DNA of 53,796 bases, from positions 17,203 through 70,998 of the forward strand of contig CAJFCJ010000112.1 of NCBI GenBank assembly GCA_904063045.1. The letters are read 5' to 3'. The stretch is from Dimorphilus gyrociliatus (taxonomy: Eukaryota > Animalia > Annelida). The notes beneath the pieces are model-generated. The model made no database searches. It was not told where the DNA came from and saw only the letters and a list, made by a program, of their open reading frames with translations. Position numbers and translations under genes: made by a program. Shown here piece by piece: positions 19,722 through 33,339 of this stretch (the first letter of the stretch is position 1; the number at the start of each line of letters is the position of its first letter).

Positions 19722-22700
19722 GAGTCCAACACATATCACTTTAAAGCCATTCCTCATCTTTCTATTATATGAGAAATCAACATTGTCCAATGCTGAACAG
19801 TGTTTAAATGTTTCTCCTAAACTTTGAGCTTGTTATCATTCAAATCACACAACAAGATTAATTGTTTTCATAGACATTGAAGAAGATTTGAGCCCATCAC
19901 ATATCACTTTAAAGCCATTCCACATTTTCTATTACATGAGAAATCAACATTCTCCAATGCTGAACAGTGTTTAAATGTTTCTCCTAAACTTTGAGCTTGT
20001 TCATCATTCAAATCACACTCACAAGTTTAATTGTTTTCATAGACATTGAAGAAGATTTGAGCCATCACATATCCTTTAAAGCCATTCCCATGTTACTATT
20101 CTCTGAGAAATCAACATTCTCCAATGCTGAACAGTGTTTAAATGTTTCTCCTATACTTTGAGCTTGTTCATCATTCAAATCACACTCACCAAGTTTAATT
20201 ATTTTCAGAGACATTGAAGAAGATTTGAGCCCATCACATATCACTTTAAAGCCATTTCCCATGTTACTATTCCATGAGAAATCAACATTCTCCAATGCTG
20301 AACAGTGTTTAAATGTTTCTCCTAAACTTTGAGCTTGTTCATCATTCAAATCACACCAATGAAGATTAATTGTTTTCATAGACATTGAAGAAGATTTGAG
20401 TCAACACATATCACTTTAAAGCCATTCCTCTAATAGTATTTAAATGTTTCTCCTAAACTTTGAGCTTGTTCATCATTCAAATCACACCCAAAAAAATTAA
20501 GTGTTTTCATAGACATTGAAGAAGATTTGAGCCCATCACATATACCTTTAAAGCCATTTCCCATGTTACTATTCCCTGAGAAATCAACATTCTCTAATGC
20601 TGAACAGTGTTTAAATGTTTCTCCTAAACTTTGAGCTTGTTCATCATTCAAATGACACCCATCAAGTTTAATTATTTTCAGAGACATTGAAGAAGATTTG
20701 AGTCCACACATATCACTTTAAAGCCATTCCTCATCTTTCTATTATATGAGAAATCAACATTGTCCAATGCTGAACAGTGTTTAAATGTTTCTCCTAAACT
20801 TTGAGCTTGTTTATCATTCAAATCACACCAACCAAGATTAATTGTTTTCATAGACATTGAAGAAGATTTGAGCCCATCACATATCACTTTAAAGCCATTC
20901 CACATCTTTCTATTACATGAGAAATCAACATTCTCCAATGCTGAACAGTGTTTAAATGTTTTTCCTAAACTTTGAGCTTGTTCATCATTCAAATCACACT
21001 CACCAAGTTTAATTGTTTTCATAGACATTGAAGAAGATTTGAGCCCATCACATATCCCTTTAAAGCCATTCCCCATGTTACTATTCTCTGAGAAATCAAC
21101 ATTCTCCAATGCTGAACAGTGTTTAAATGTTTCTCCTAAACTTTGAGCTTGTTCATCATTCAAATCACACCAACCAAGATTAATTGTTTTGATAGACATT
21201 GAAGAAGATTTGAGCCCATCACATATCCCTTTAAAGCTATTCCCCGTGTTTTTATTAAATCTGAAATCAACATCCTCCAATGCTGAACAGTGTTTAAATG
21301 TTTCTCCTAAACTTTGAGCTTGTTCATCATTCAAATCACACCAACCAAGATTAATTGTTTTCATAGACATTGAAGAAGATTTGAGCCCATCACATATCAC
21401 TTTAAAGCCATTCCGCATCTTTCTATTACATGAGAAATCAACATTCTCCAATACCGAACAGTGTTTAAATGTTTCTCCTAAACTTTGAGCTTGTTCATCA
21501 TTCAAATCACACCAACCAAGATTAATTGTTTTGATAGACATTGAAGAAGATTTGAGCCCATCACATATCCCTTTAAAGCTATTCCCCGTGTTTTTATTAA
21601 ATCTGAAATCAACATCCTCCAATGCTGAACAGTGTTTAAATGTTTCTCGTAAACTTTGAGCTTGTTCAGCATTGAAATCACACCAACCAAGATTAATTGT
21701 TTTCATAGACATTGAAGAAGATTTGAGCCCATCACATATCCCTTTAAAGCCATTCCCCATGTTTTTATTCAATGACAAATCAACATTCTCCAATTCTGAA
21801 CAGTGTTTAAATGTTTCTCCTATACTTTGAGCTTGTTCATCATTCAAATCACACTCACCAAGTTTAATTGTTTTCATAGACATTGAAGAAGATTTGAGCC
21901 CATCACATATACCTTTAAAGCCATTTCCCATGTTACTATTCCCTGAGAAATCAACATTCTCCAATGCTGAACAGTCTTTAAATGTTTCTCCTAAACTTTG
22001 AGCTTGTTCATCATTCAAATCACACTCACCAAGTTTAATTGTTTTCATAGACATTGAAGAAGATTTGAGCCCATCACATATCCCTTTAAAGCCATTCCCC
22101 ATGTTACTATTCTCTGAGAAATCAACATTCTCCAATGCTGAACAGTGTTTAAATGTTTCTCCTAAACTTTGAGCTTGTTCATCATTCAAATCACACCCAT
22201 CAAGTGTAATTGTTTTCATAGACATTGAAGAAGATTTGAGTCCAACACATATCACTTTAAAGCCATTCTGCATCTTTCTATTACATGAGAAATCAACATT
22301 CTCCAATGCTGAACAGTGGTTAAATGTTTCTCCTAAACTTTGAGCTTGTTCATCATTCAAATCACACCCACTAAGATTAATTGTTTTCATAGACATTGAA
22401 GAAGATTTGAGTCCAACACATATCACTTTAAAGCCATTCCTCATCTTTCTATTACGTGAGAAATCAACATTCTCCAATGCTGAATAGTATTTAAATGTTT
22501 CTCCTAAACTTTGAGCTTGTTCATCATTTAACTGACACCAATTAAGATTAATTGTTTTCATAGACATTGAAGAAGATTTGAGTCCATCACATATCCCTTT
22601 AAAGCCATTCCTCATGTTTCTATTACATGAGAAATCAACATTCTCCAATGCTGAACAGTGTTTAAATGTTTCTCCTAAACTTTGAGCTTGTTCATCATTT

Positions 22701-25700
22701 AACTGACACCAATTAAGATTAATTGTTTTCATAGACATTGAAGAAGATTTGAGTCCATCACATATGACTTTAAAGCCATTCCCCATGTTACTATTACATG
22801 AGAAATCAACATTCTCCAATGCTGAACAGTGTTTAAATGTTTCTCCTAAACTTTGAGCTTGTTCATCATTTAACTCACACTGGCAAGCTTAATTGTTTTC
22901 ATAGACATTGAAGAAGATTTGAGTCCATCACATATCACTTTAAAGCCATTCCCCATGTTACTATTCATGATAAATCAACATTCTCCAATGCTGAACAGTG
23001 TTTAAATGTTTCTCCTAACCTTTGAGCTTGTTCTTCATTAACTCACACCTACCAAGATTAATTGTTTTCAATGAGAATGAAGAAGATTTGAGTCCATCAC
23101 ATATCCCTTTAAAGCCATTCCCATGTTTTATTCCATGAGAAATCAACATTCTCCAATGCTGAACAGTGTTTAAATGTTTCTCCTAAACTTTGAGCTTGTT
23201 CATCATTTAACTCACACTGGGCAAGCTTAATTGTTTTCATAGACATTGAAGAAGATTTGAGTCCATCACATATCACTTTAAAGCCATTCCCCATCTTACT
23301 ATTCCATGATAAATCAACATTCTCCAATGCTGAACAGTGTTTAAATGTTTCTCCTAAGCTTTGAGCTTGTTCATCATTTAACTCACACCAGGCAAGGTTA
23401 ATTGTTTTCATAGACATTGAAGAAGATTTGAGTCCATCACATATCCCTTTAAAGCCATTTCCCATGTTTTCATTCCCTGAGAAATCAACATTCTCCAATG
23501 CTGAACAGTGTTTAAATGTTTCTACTAGAGATTGAGCTTGGTCATCATCCAAATCACACCCATGAAGTTTAATTGTTTTGATAGAGTTTAAAGAAGATTT
23601 AAGCCCATCGCATATGTCTTTAAAACTGTTTCCCATGTGGTTGTTTTTTGATAGGTTAACATATTTTAATGATGCACATTTTTTTAAGTTTTTACCTAAT
23701 ATGTTTGAATTTTGACTATTTAAGTTACAATCTACAATCACAATATGGCTTAAGGTATGTTTAAATGAGTCGAAATTAAAATATGTATGAGCTTTTTTAT
23801 AACTTTCAAATATTAAAGTTTTCATTTTGGTACATTTTCCTAGAAGTTCAGGCAGAGTTCTTTGCTGTTTTTCAAAGTTGGTGTAAGATTTAATATTAAA
23901 TATCTCCATTGTTTGGCACAATATTTCAAAAACATCATTTAACGTTTCTTCATAATTTGCACTATTTTTTATATTATATAATTCTACTGGAAAATGACAC
24001 ATGGTAACAAATTTTTTTTTCAATGCCCATTTTAAGCACTCCAAGGTGTTTTTGTTCAAGTTGGCAATCGCACTTTCATCAACTGTCAGTTTTGCTCCTG
24101 TGGCATTGAAAGAAACTTGCAGTTTTTCATTACTGAAAGCTTTAATCTGAATAACATTTGATGTTGAGTTTATTATCAAAATATGAATGGAGTGATAAAT
24201 CTTGGATATATAATGAATAGTCAAAAAGAATTTGTTTGTGAGATTTATTATTGAGCTATTTGTATAACCAATTTTTTAAACGGTAATGCTCCTTTTAAAT
24301 TTTAAAACATTAAAAATTTGTCCAAATCAATTGCAGAGACATTTTGTTTTTCAGAATTAAATCATTCAGATTATGGTGTGTCTTTCAATATATTTTAGTG
24401 ATGCCTCTTTGTAAATATTTCTGAATTGTATGATGATTATTCCAAATGTCACTTGAATCAACCAATTGGTTTGGTATTTATTACTAGAAATTTCTAATTT
24501 CTCAATTTGCATTTTTGATAGTATACCACTTTTACCATAATTCTTTTTTTTGATGAAAACTTTAATATTATGTACAATCAAATATGTAATATTAGTTGAT
24601 GTTATCAATGCCAGCAGTTCTTTAAATATCATTTCATAGGAAAAATGAAAATCTGTATTCTTTATTTTAATGTTTGTTAGGAATGGGGAGTGTTGTGCAA
24701 GTTGTTTCAGAAGAAAACTAATATTTATTTTGGTCTTGTAAATGTAAATATCCAATAAACCACTCCCTCTGCTTTCTAATAAAAGGCTAACTATAGTATC
24801 ATTTAAATGTTCATTAGTTAAATATTCTTTTGGTTGCTTTCTAAACCATTTGATAGATAATTTTGTACACTTTCACTACAATCAAACATTTGTTGTGCAA
24901 TTTGAGATGAGAGTAGAATATTTTGAAATATTGATTGAGAATATTGTTTAACAAAATCTAAAGTATTATATATATTTATATTGTTATTTTCTTTAAACAA
25001 TTCATCCAAAGTTTTTTCATCATTCAATGAAGTTGTCAATGTCCAAATTGTTTCTTTGGGTTTCTTCTCAAACTCTTTTATCAGATATTTAGCTGCAAAA
25101 TATTCTTGAAATGATAAATGATAGAGTTGTAACTCTTTTTTCTTGTTTTCAGTAGGAATGACATCAATTAATCCTTTAAGACAAAATTTTAATTTTTTTC
25201 TCTTTGTCTAAATAAGAGTCAAGTATGATTTTACTTTTTGAAAGATTAATGAAACATAACTTGTATATATTATCTATGTTTGAATCACTTTTGTTTATGG
25301 TCTCTAGATTTTTGTCTTGTACTATACTAACAAAATCTTCATATATTTGAAAAGGAGATTTGTTAAAAATATTCCCTTTCTCTTTCCAAATATAAAAAGA
25401 ATCATTGCTAGAAGTGGTACTTTACAGAGACATTGTATCTTTGGATATTTCTTGACAACTCTTTCAATAAATTCATTGGCCACATTATTAGTATCAGTAT
25501 AAAAACATTTTATAAAAAAAGTTTTCATTTGGCTTTTATTCCAACCTGTTAATTCAAATGCAAGGTCACAAGTAGTTATAATTTGTTTACCTTTCCATTT
25601 TCTTGCCCAAATGGCAGTTGGAATATTGCAATTTGCTCCATTGATTATATCATTAATTTATGTGTTGGAAGATGAAACTCATCTGCTCCATCTAGTAATA

Positions 25701-26459
25701 ATATGATGTCTTTTTTCTTTTCTTTAAAAAACGATTCAATAATATGCTCATTTATATAATCAATATTTTTGAAATTTTGTTGGTATATCTCTTCATAAAT
25801 TGTTGTGTTTTTTGAACATTTCTGAGCATAATGAATATACATAATTTTTCATGATCAATGTTCCATCTTTCATTTGCCCACTTATGAATTAAATTTTTCA
25901 TATGAACACTTTTTCCTATTCCAGGCTCTCCTTGAATTAAAACCTTATTGAAATCTGTATAAAAAATTTCATAGAAATTTTCATAATCAATTTCAGTATC
26001 AATAAGTTGTGAGTCAATGATGTCTTTTTGAATGATTTCTGATATTTTGATAGATGTAACAATATCAGTAAGTTTAGCTTCTTTAGTTTCACCAAATGGT
26101 AAAAGTTTAATTGTTGTGAAATCTTTTCTTCTTTCTTCTTTTGTATCACAGATTAACCTTTTCCACACAAATTCTGGATCACTTAAGTTTTTTGCCAATT
26201 CTTTGCTCAAGTCATCCATTTCTTGTAAAATTTCAATAATATCTATTAACTTACAGGCATTTAGTATTTTGAGTAGCTCTTCAATAGCTGCATGTTTGTG
26301 TGTTTTATACTGAATTTCCAGAATGTCTCTTAAGTCTTTTTTTATAATTTGTTTTGAAACTAAATGTATGGCAAATTGTTCAAATGTAAATGTTTGGTTT
26401 AATAACATTAGTAGTTTTTCATTATAATAATTAAAACATAGCTGATGCATAGAGTCCAT
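19692..26459 (-). pseudogene. NLR copy B (death-fold-like N-terminus, NACHT, ~22 LRR units), frameshifted as assembled
   Basis: Reverse-complement paralog of 45907-52715. ATG at 26459, Walker A IQGEPGIGKS, LLDGADE, CKVPLL. LRR array ~23590-19722, truncated by the MULE TIR. Multiple single-base indels split it into ORF fragments, which may be real or sequencing error. Confidence 0.88.
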
Positions 26460-26668
26460 TCTGATCAATAATCTTCAAGTACCTTTTGTATCTTGGTATT
26501 TGGAATCTTTCTGTAAAAATTAACATTGTTTAAATTAAAAATGTTTGTCATATTGGAAAAGAAAAATGGTGAATTTGACAGTTCTATACACTTTGCAAGT
26601 TTTAACTAAAAGGGGTTTTCTAATGTATATGGTTTAATACAGAACAAATATATATATATGTATATATA

Positions 26669-28295
26669 CAGTATAGGCAAAAGGTCCCCAGCCACCCTGT
26701 AAAATTTTTAGTTTTCATATTAAGATATACTGAATAACTACTTTGAATTGGTAATAATAATTATTAATATGTATAAACTAATATCGTTGACAAAAAATTA
26801 TCGAAAAATTGTTTTTCTTTTAAAAAATGCAGTTTTAGTAATTATACCTCGAAAAAAGGGGTTAGTTAAAAATGAGTCACCATCTATTTAATCAAAAACT
26901 AGGGGGCTAAGCTGCATAAATCAAATAGGAAATTATCTTATTATAATTATATCTTTGGGTATTCAAAAAAATGGTGGTCATTGATAAAGGCATTCGTTGT
27001 TTGGTTGTTGAAAAACACCAAGAAGGGCTATCGTTGAATAAAATTGCCAAAATGCTAAAAATTTCGAGGTTCAGTGCCCAAAATATCTGGAAAAAGTTTC
27101 AATTGCATTGTACAATTGAAGATTTACCCAGAAGTGGCAGGCCAGTCAAATTAAGCGAGCGAGATGAGAGAATATTATGCCTTATATCTAGCAGAAATCC
27201 TTTCTGGGGAACAAAAAAAATTTTGTCAGCCTCTAAATTAGCCTCAATAATATCCCTATCTACTTGCAAGAATGTTTTAAGGAAACATAACTTGAGAGGC
27301 TATGTTGCAGCAAAAAAACCCCTATTAAAAAAAAGGCATTTAATAAATAGGAGAAAGTTTTGCAAAAGACTCCTCTCTTGGAGCACAGAGCAAATTAATT
27401 CAATTGTGTTTTCAGATGAGACAAGGATAGATTTATATCCAAAACACAGGTAGTTTGTCAGAAGGCATCCAGCAGATAGATTTCAAGCAAAATATGCCAT
27501 AAAAACATTTAAAGAGGGAAATGGTTCCCTAAATATATGGGGTTTTATAAAAAGTGATGGCAGCAGAGGTATACATTTATATAAAAGTAACTTAAATTCC
27601 GAAAAATATCAAGAAATTCTTGATAAATCTTTTCTAGAGAATTATAATAGGGACCAAGTATTCATGCAGGATGGTGCTCCATGCCATACATCTAGGAGTA
27701 CCTTAAGGTATTTGGATGAAAAGAACATTAGGCACTTGCAAGACTGGCCAGCCCAGAGTCCTGACCTAAATCATATTGAAAATTTATGGTCATACCTTAA
27801 AGGAAGGGTTGGTAAACATATGTGCACAAATGTTGATGATCTATGGAGGGTAACACAGCAAGAATTTGACAATATTCCAACTGAATGTGTTGAAAAATTG
27901 TTTAATAGTTTTAAAAAGAGGCTACAGCTGTGTCTTTTCAATAAGGGTGGTCATACAAAGTATTAAAAAGGGTTAAAAGTATTATTACTATATTTTCATG
28001 AAATATTATATTAATTCATGTATACAAATTGTAAAGGAGTGTCCTAAGGTAGATTTAAAGTAAAATATTTAATTAAATATATGGTGACTCATTTTTAACC
28101 AACCCCTTTTTTCGAGGTATAATTACTAAAACTGCATTTTTTAAAAGAAAAACAATTTTTTGATAATTTTTCATAAAGGATATTAGTTTATACATATTAA
28201 TCATTATTATTATCTATTAAAAGTAGTTATTCTGTATATCTTAATATTGAAACTAAAAATTTTACAGGGTGGCTGGGGACTTTTTGCCTATACTG
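26669..28295 (+). mobile_element. Full-length Tc1-like element with ~220-bp TIRs and TA target duplication
   Basis: TA|CAGTATAGGCAAAAGGTCCCCAGCCACCCTG ... CAGGGTGGCTGGGGACTTTTTGCCTATACTG|TA; the long TIRs match. Confidence 0.95.
26971..27966 (+). pseudogene. Tc1 transposase (DD35E) with a single nonsense codon at 27451-27453
   Basis: HTH, GRP, FSDET, then TAG; the frame continues through IWGFI to QDGAPCH...WPAQSPDLNHIENLW. The two ORFs are in the same frame. Confidence 0.92.
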
Positions 28296-28301
28296 TATAT
28301 A

Positions 28302-29960
28302 CAGTAGTCAGCATAAATTTTGGTGCATCCTAAATTTGATAGGCCAAATTTAAAATAATGGTCAAATATGATTTTTTTCATGAAAATAGTTCTTTTTGTC
28401 TTAATTTGTATAGATAAAGAGTAATATTTACATAATATTGAAAAAAATTGAGAAAATGATGATGCTTTGGAATATTATTACCAAAATATTTTGCCTAATT
28501 TTCATTAATTTTATCTTTATTTGGCCACTTTGCAAAATTATTGGTGAACACACACTTGATTTCCAGTTTGGCATTTGAAAAAATGTTGCAAAATAAAAAT
28601 TTTTTTGACTTATTTAATTCTCCAAGTTAAGTTTATCTATTATTGTAAATTTTAATTATATTAGTTCATTTTTATTGTATATATTTAACTATGATGTCGT
28701 GTAAAGAGATAAGGGAACTTGTACTAAAGAAATATCAGGACATAGGAAAAATAAGAACAACAGCAAGGGTTCTGGGGATGGCACCAACATCAGTTAGCAA
28801 TATTCTATGATATAATCCACCAGAATGGGAGAATAGGGGCTGCGCAAAGAGACTTACAGAGAGAGACATAGGCAGAATGAAGAGAATAATAAAGAAATTA
28901 AAAAGAAATAAGGAAAGGGTTATAGCACAAAAACTTTTCAAGGAATTAGAAGTTGATGTAAGTTTGCAACAATTCAAAGGGAGCTGAAAAGACAAAAATT
29001 CCAGCATAGACAAGTGAAACAAAGACCTGACCTTACATCCAACAGTTGTGAAAGAAGAAAAACCTATTGCCGTAACATGATCAGTGATAATCTAGATTGG
29101 TCTAAAGTAATTTTCACCAACAAGGCTAGATTCTCACTGAGCGGCCCTGATGACTTCAAAACTTGGACAAATCATGGTGAAAAAGAATTCAGGGTGACAA
29201 AGAATATGGGCAGAGGTGGAGTCATGGTATGGGGACTCATAACATCTGATAGAATCTTTGAGATATGGAGGATAAAGAAGGAACTTAATGCTGACAACTA
29301 TAGCAGTTTTATTGTGGAAGATGTTTTGCCTGTAATAGAAGATATATCAGCTAAAATGGGGAGGCAGTACATCTTCCAGCAAGACAATGCTGGGTGCCAT
29401 ACTGCTAGGACAACTAAAAGAGCCTTTCAAATGAATGGCATTCACCCTGTTGATTGGCCAGCAAAGAGCCCTGACCACAGTCCTATTGAGAACATGTGTG
29501 GTCTCACCAAAAAACTGGTTTATGATAGTCCACAATTGGAATCGGAGGAGGAATTATGGAAGAAAATAAAAAAGTGCTCTTATGAGATTATAAAAAGACA
29601 ACCAGACTTGATACCAAATTTATACAGGGGAATGGGGAATAGAGTGAGCAAGTGTTTAGAAAAAGAGGGTGGCTACATAGAAAAATAGACAAAATATGAA
29701 CATTAAACCCCCTGCTCCAATTATTTTGCAATGCAGCCAAATAAGAAAATAAATCAATAAAACAACACATTATATAAAACCAAAAAAATTCTATAAGAAC
29801 TTACCCAAATTTTGTTTCAAAGATATTCATATATATATATCTATGTTTAATCTAGTAATTAAGACAAAAAAAATAAAAAAAATCTTTTTTCCCTGTGAAA
29901 AAGATTTTTTTGTTCGGCCTATCAAAATTTAGGGGGCACCAATATTTTTGCGGACTACTT
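28302..29960 (+). mobile_element. Second, defective Tc1-like element (DD34E), short TIRs
   Basis: CAGTAGTCAGCATAAATTTTGGTGCATCC...GGCACCAATATTTTTGCGGACTACTT in TA runs. Transposase from ATG 28691 carries a stop and a frameshift; first D is replaced (FTNKARF); QQDNAGCH...WPAKSPDHSPIE. A lone TIR of this family lies at ~44148-44220. Confidence 0.88.
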
Positions 29961-30619
29961 TATATATATATATATATATTATACATAATCATAAGAACAG
30001 GGTAATATTGATTTTATATTTTTTACTAAACTCATTTCTACTCAAAAATTTGTTATACCAAAACATTTATTGACGTGATTATTCTTAATGTATGGAGGAA
30101 GTTTTACACACATTAATAATGACAAGTTAAGGAATTAGAAAAAAATTATTAAAGAAATTTACCTCTTAGTATCCTTTATTTGTGAGACTTGTTCTGCTAC
30201 AGGCAAGTAGTATTGAACTAGTATTGTTCAGCACAATTTGAATAGAAATACTATAAAGAATTTAAGCATAAGGAAACTGGTAAACTTTCTTTAATGTCAA
30301 CTAAATAAAATGTTAACAAACTGTTAATTGTATTTTGACTAATTGAGTATATGCCAAAGACATTAAACACACTCACATTCTATAATTGATAAGCAGAACC
30401 TTAAAAAACACTTTTTATTAAAATTCCTTCTTACCTCTGCTGAGTGAAAATAGAAAAGAAAGTTGATCTTTTCTATTTTCACAGTAGAAGATTTCCAACA
30501 ATACCTGTTTTTCCTGGAGATCATAATTTTTTTTATTTTATCAAAAGTGTGAATTAAAAATCTTTTTGTTACTATGAAGAGATATCTAAAAGTTTTTTCT
30601 CACTTTGTAATATTTTGTT

Positions 30620-30875
30620 TTTTTGTGGACATTTTCTGTCCCTTTATGGATTTTTTCTGTCTCTTTATGGACATTATCTGTCTTTTAAGTTTAACTATCA
30701 CAGTCACCTTTTTTTGGAAATATAATTAATGATGCATATAAAATTAACACTTTTCTATAAGGTTTTCTAAAGAAAAAGGTTTTTTTTTTGACTTTTTCAC
30801 CTATTTTTTTCATTGTTTTAATTTTGTGGATGTTTCCTGTCTTTTGTGGATGTTTTCTGTTGTGGACATTTTCGG
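30620..30875. repeat. Cluster of TTTGTGGACATTTTCTGTC-like motifs (probable subterminal repeats of a DNA transposon)
   Basis: About 6 degenerate copies in two groups (30620-30690, 30825-30875). Confidence 0.55.
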
Positions 30876-30894
30876 TCTGAACTGATATTTATTC

Positions 30895-31250
30895 TACTAC
30901 CATTGACAATGGCAACCAATTCACAACTGGTGCTAACATCACTCTAGAATTTGTGCAACCCATTCAATATTGCAATGGTCAGCAAGTATATTAGGCATTC
31001 GATTTAGCAGATCAACCTGAATGTCAAGTATACAACCAACCTGTGACAAAAATATTAGCTACTTTGTATGAAATAAACACAGCTGATTTAGAGGTTGAAG
31101 CAGTGAAATGTATGGTGTGGAAGAGAGAGAACTTCTACACTTATTCTTTTTTGGTTCAAAGAAGCATATAGTTGAAAAATTCATTGTTACATTGTCAGAA
31201 GATGAATGTAGGAGAATGCATCAGGAGAAGTCTACTTTGTTGTATCGTGA
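30895..31250 (+). pseudogene. Decayed class III viral fusion glycoprotein (rhabdovirus-G/env-like) fragment
   Basis: QYCNGQQVY*AFDLADQPEC...EAVKCMVWKRENFYTYS/FFGSKKHIVEKFIVTLSEDECRRMHQEK, with one stop (30992) and one frameshift in the T-run at ~31150. The C-x12-FFG-x17-CR spacing equals the lyssavirus G segment as I recall it. Confidence 0.65.
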
Positions 31251-31439
31251 TTGTAGGAATTTCATTCTTGTCCCAACTGTATTTGTCCATACAGCTCATT
31301 TAATATTATGCCAAAGTTCTGATCCAAATAGATTCGAGTAGAGCCAGTATTGTTGTAACTTGTAAACTTATAAATTTGCCAAGCAAGAACAGTACACTCT
31401 TTTACAAAAAACAAGAGAAATCCAAGGTAAATATTTTCA

Positions 31440-33339
31440 CTATCAGTATATTATTTATAATGAAAAATTGTTGGAAACGTGGATTGTGATTTCATTGGAC
31501 ACAAAGAAAATTCAGATGTAAGTTGTCCAAACATTTTTATCATGCAAAATGTTCAAAAAGTAAGTAAACTCTCTAACTTTTCCTGGTATAATGTTATGTC
31601 ACTTATATATGAAGATGCAGATTACTGATCTGATTGTCATGATGTTAGGAAAAGAGAACTATTTGTTAAACTGAAGAAAATAAATAGTTATAATCAAACA
31701 AAAGTCCCTCAAGAATGTGATGAAAGTTGCATTAATATGCAATCATCAATGGATAATTCTAGTGAAAGCTACATAAATCAGGTAATTTCAATTCTCAAAA
31801 AATACTATTATCTCATCCTAAATCATTTCTAACAGTTGAGACTATCTTTTGACTTTAATTCATCTGACACACCAATCTATGAAGAAGAGTTGACTTTTCC
31901 TGAAAATAGACAAGACATGGTAGAGAGGGTTGACATAAGTAATGAAACTTCTTTTGAGATGGAAAAGCAATCTAAGATTTTGGAAACTGAAAAAAATGAT
32001 TTTAAAATTGTTGTAGGTGGAAGCACAAGAGGTAAAGACTTACTTCTATACAAAAATTGCTCATATTCAGTGAATAGAAAAACTGATTGTTCCATCACCT
32101 GGAGATGTACTCAAAGATATGCAAAAGCTCATTGTCCTTCATACATATTACAAAAAGGATCAAACTTTATTGTTCAAAACAAAAACCATATTCATAAATT
32201 GCATACAAATTTGGAAAATGTTCTTCAAGCAAGAATGCATTTGAAGGAAATGGCAAATGGTGGACTTGAAAAAACTGGTAAAAGGATAGCAGAAGATATT
32301 ATCCTAAAATTTAAAGACAATATTGAAGACTTACCAGAATTAGAATCACTAAGAAGAAAAGCTTCCAGTTATAAAGAGAGTAAAAAACCAAAGCATCTAA
32401 GAGATTTAGATTTGGAAATAAATATGGATAACATTCCCAAAGATTTCTTTTTAAAAGATATTAAACAAAAGAAGAATTGTTGTATTATTTTTGGTACAAA
32501 TCATCAAATAGAACTACTGCACAGCTGCAAAATTTGGTTCATTGATGCAACATTTAAAGTTGTTAGAGATCCATTTTATCAACTCTTTTCAATTCATGGA
32601 TTCTGGAAAAAGCATGATGAATATCAACAGGTTCCATTAATCTATGTTCTGATGAGTAGCAAAAAGAACAATTGCTATATTGCTGTCCTTCAGGTTTGAG
32701 GTATTTGAGTATTGTAATCACTTTTAATTCATCTGTGTTTACATTTAACAATAGGAGATAAAAAAATTACTGAATGATAAAACACCCAGAAAATGTGTGC
32801 TTGATTTTGAAAAAGGTTTATGGCTGGCACTTAAACAGCAGTTTCCAACTTCAGACCTTCAAGGATGCTCTTTTCATTTCAAGCAAGCAGTTTTGAGGAA
32901 CATTCAGGTAAATCAAATGATATAAAAAACAAAGCATATAATTAAATATATTTTTAGAAACTTGGATACATTAGTAATGTATAAGCAATTTAAAATATTT
33001 CAGTTGTGGAGTAAATTTGAAGAGAGAGAATTGAGTTTGGATGAGTTATTGGATAGACTTGTTAATTTAAATATTTTTTAAAAATTATCATTTCTTGTTT
33101 TGCTTTTCAGCTTGTTAGATTTTCATAAACAAAAGGTTATAAATAACTTAGCATAACTTACAATTTCTATTCTCATTGTTTGTAATTGTTTGTTTTTTTA
33201 TTTTAAAGAACTAAATATAATTGTTGAAAAATTTATCAATTCTAATTGTCATAATTATCAATTTTTTTGTGTTAAAAATAGTGGGGTGTAACTGTCCTGG
33301 GCCGAAATGTCCTAAAGTGGGCTGAAATGTCACTGCACC
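31440..33339 (+). mobile_element. Second MULE family, internally deleted (non-autonomous)
   Basis: ORF 31836-32699 has FLYWCH and WFIDATFK; the next exon has VLDFEKG and GCSFHF, with the same intron positions as MULE-1. The last exon jumps to the C-terminus and loses the catalytic E. Terminus ...CACTGCACC at 33339; an inverted terminus GGTGCAGTGACATTTC starts at 33461. Confidence 0.85.
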
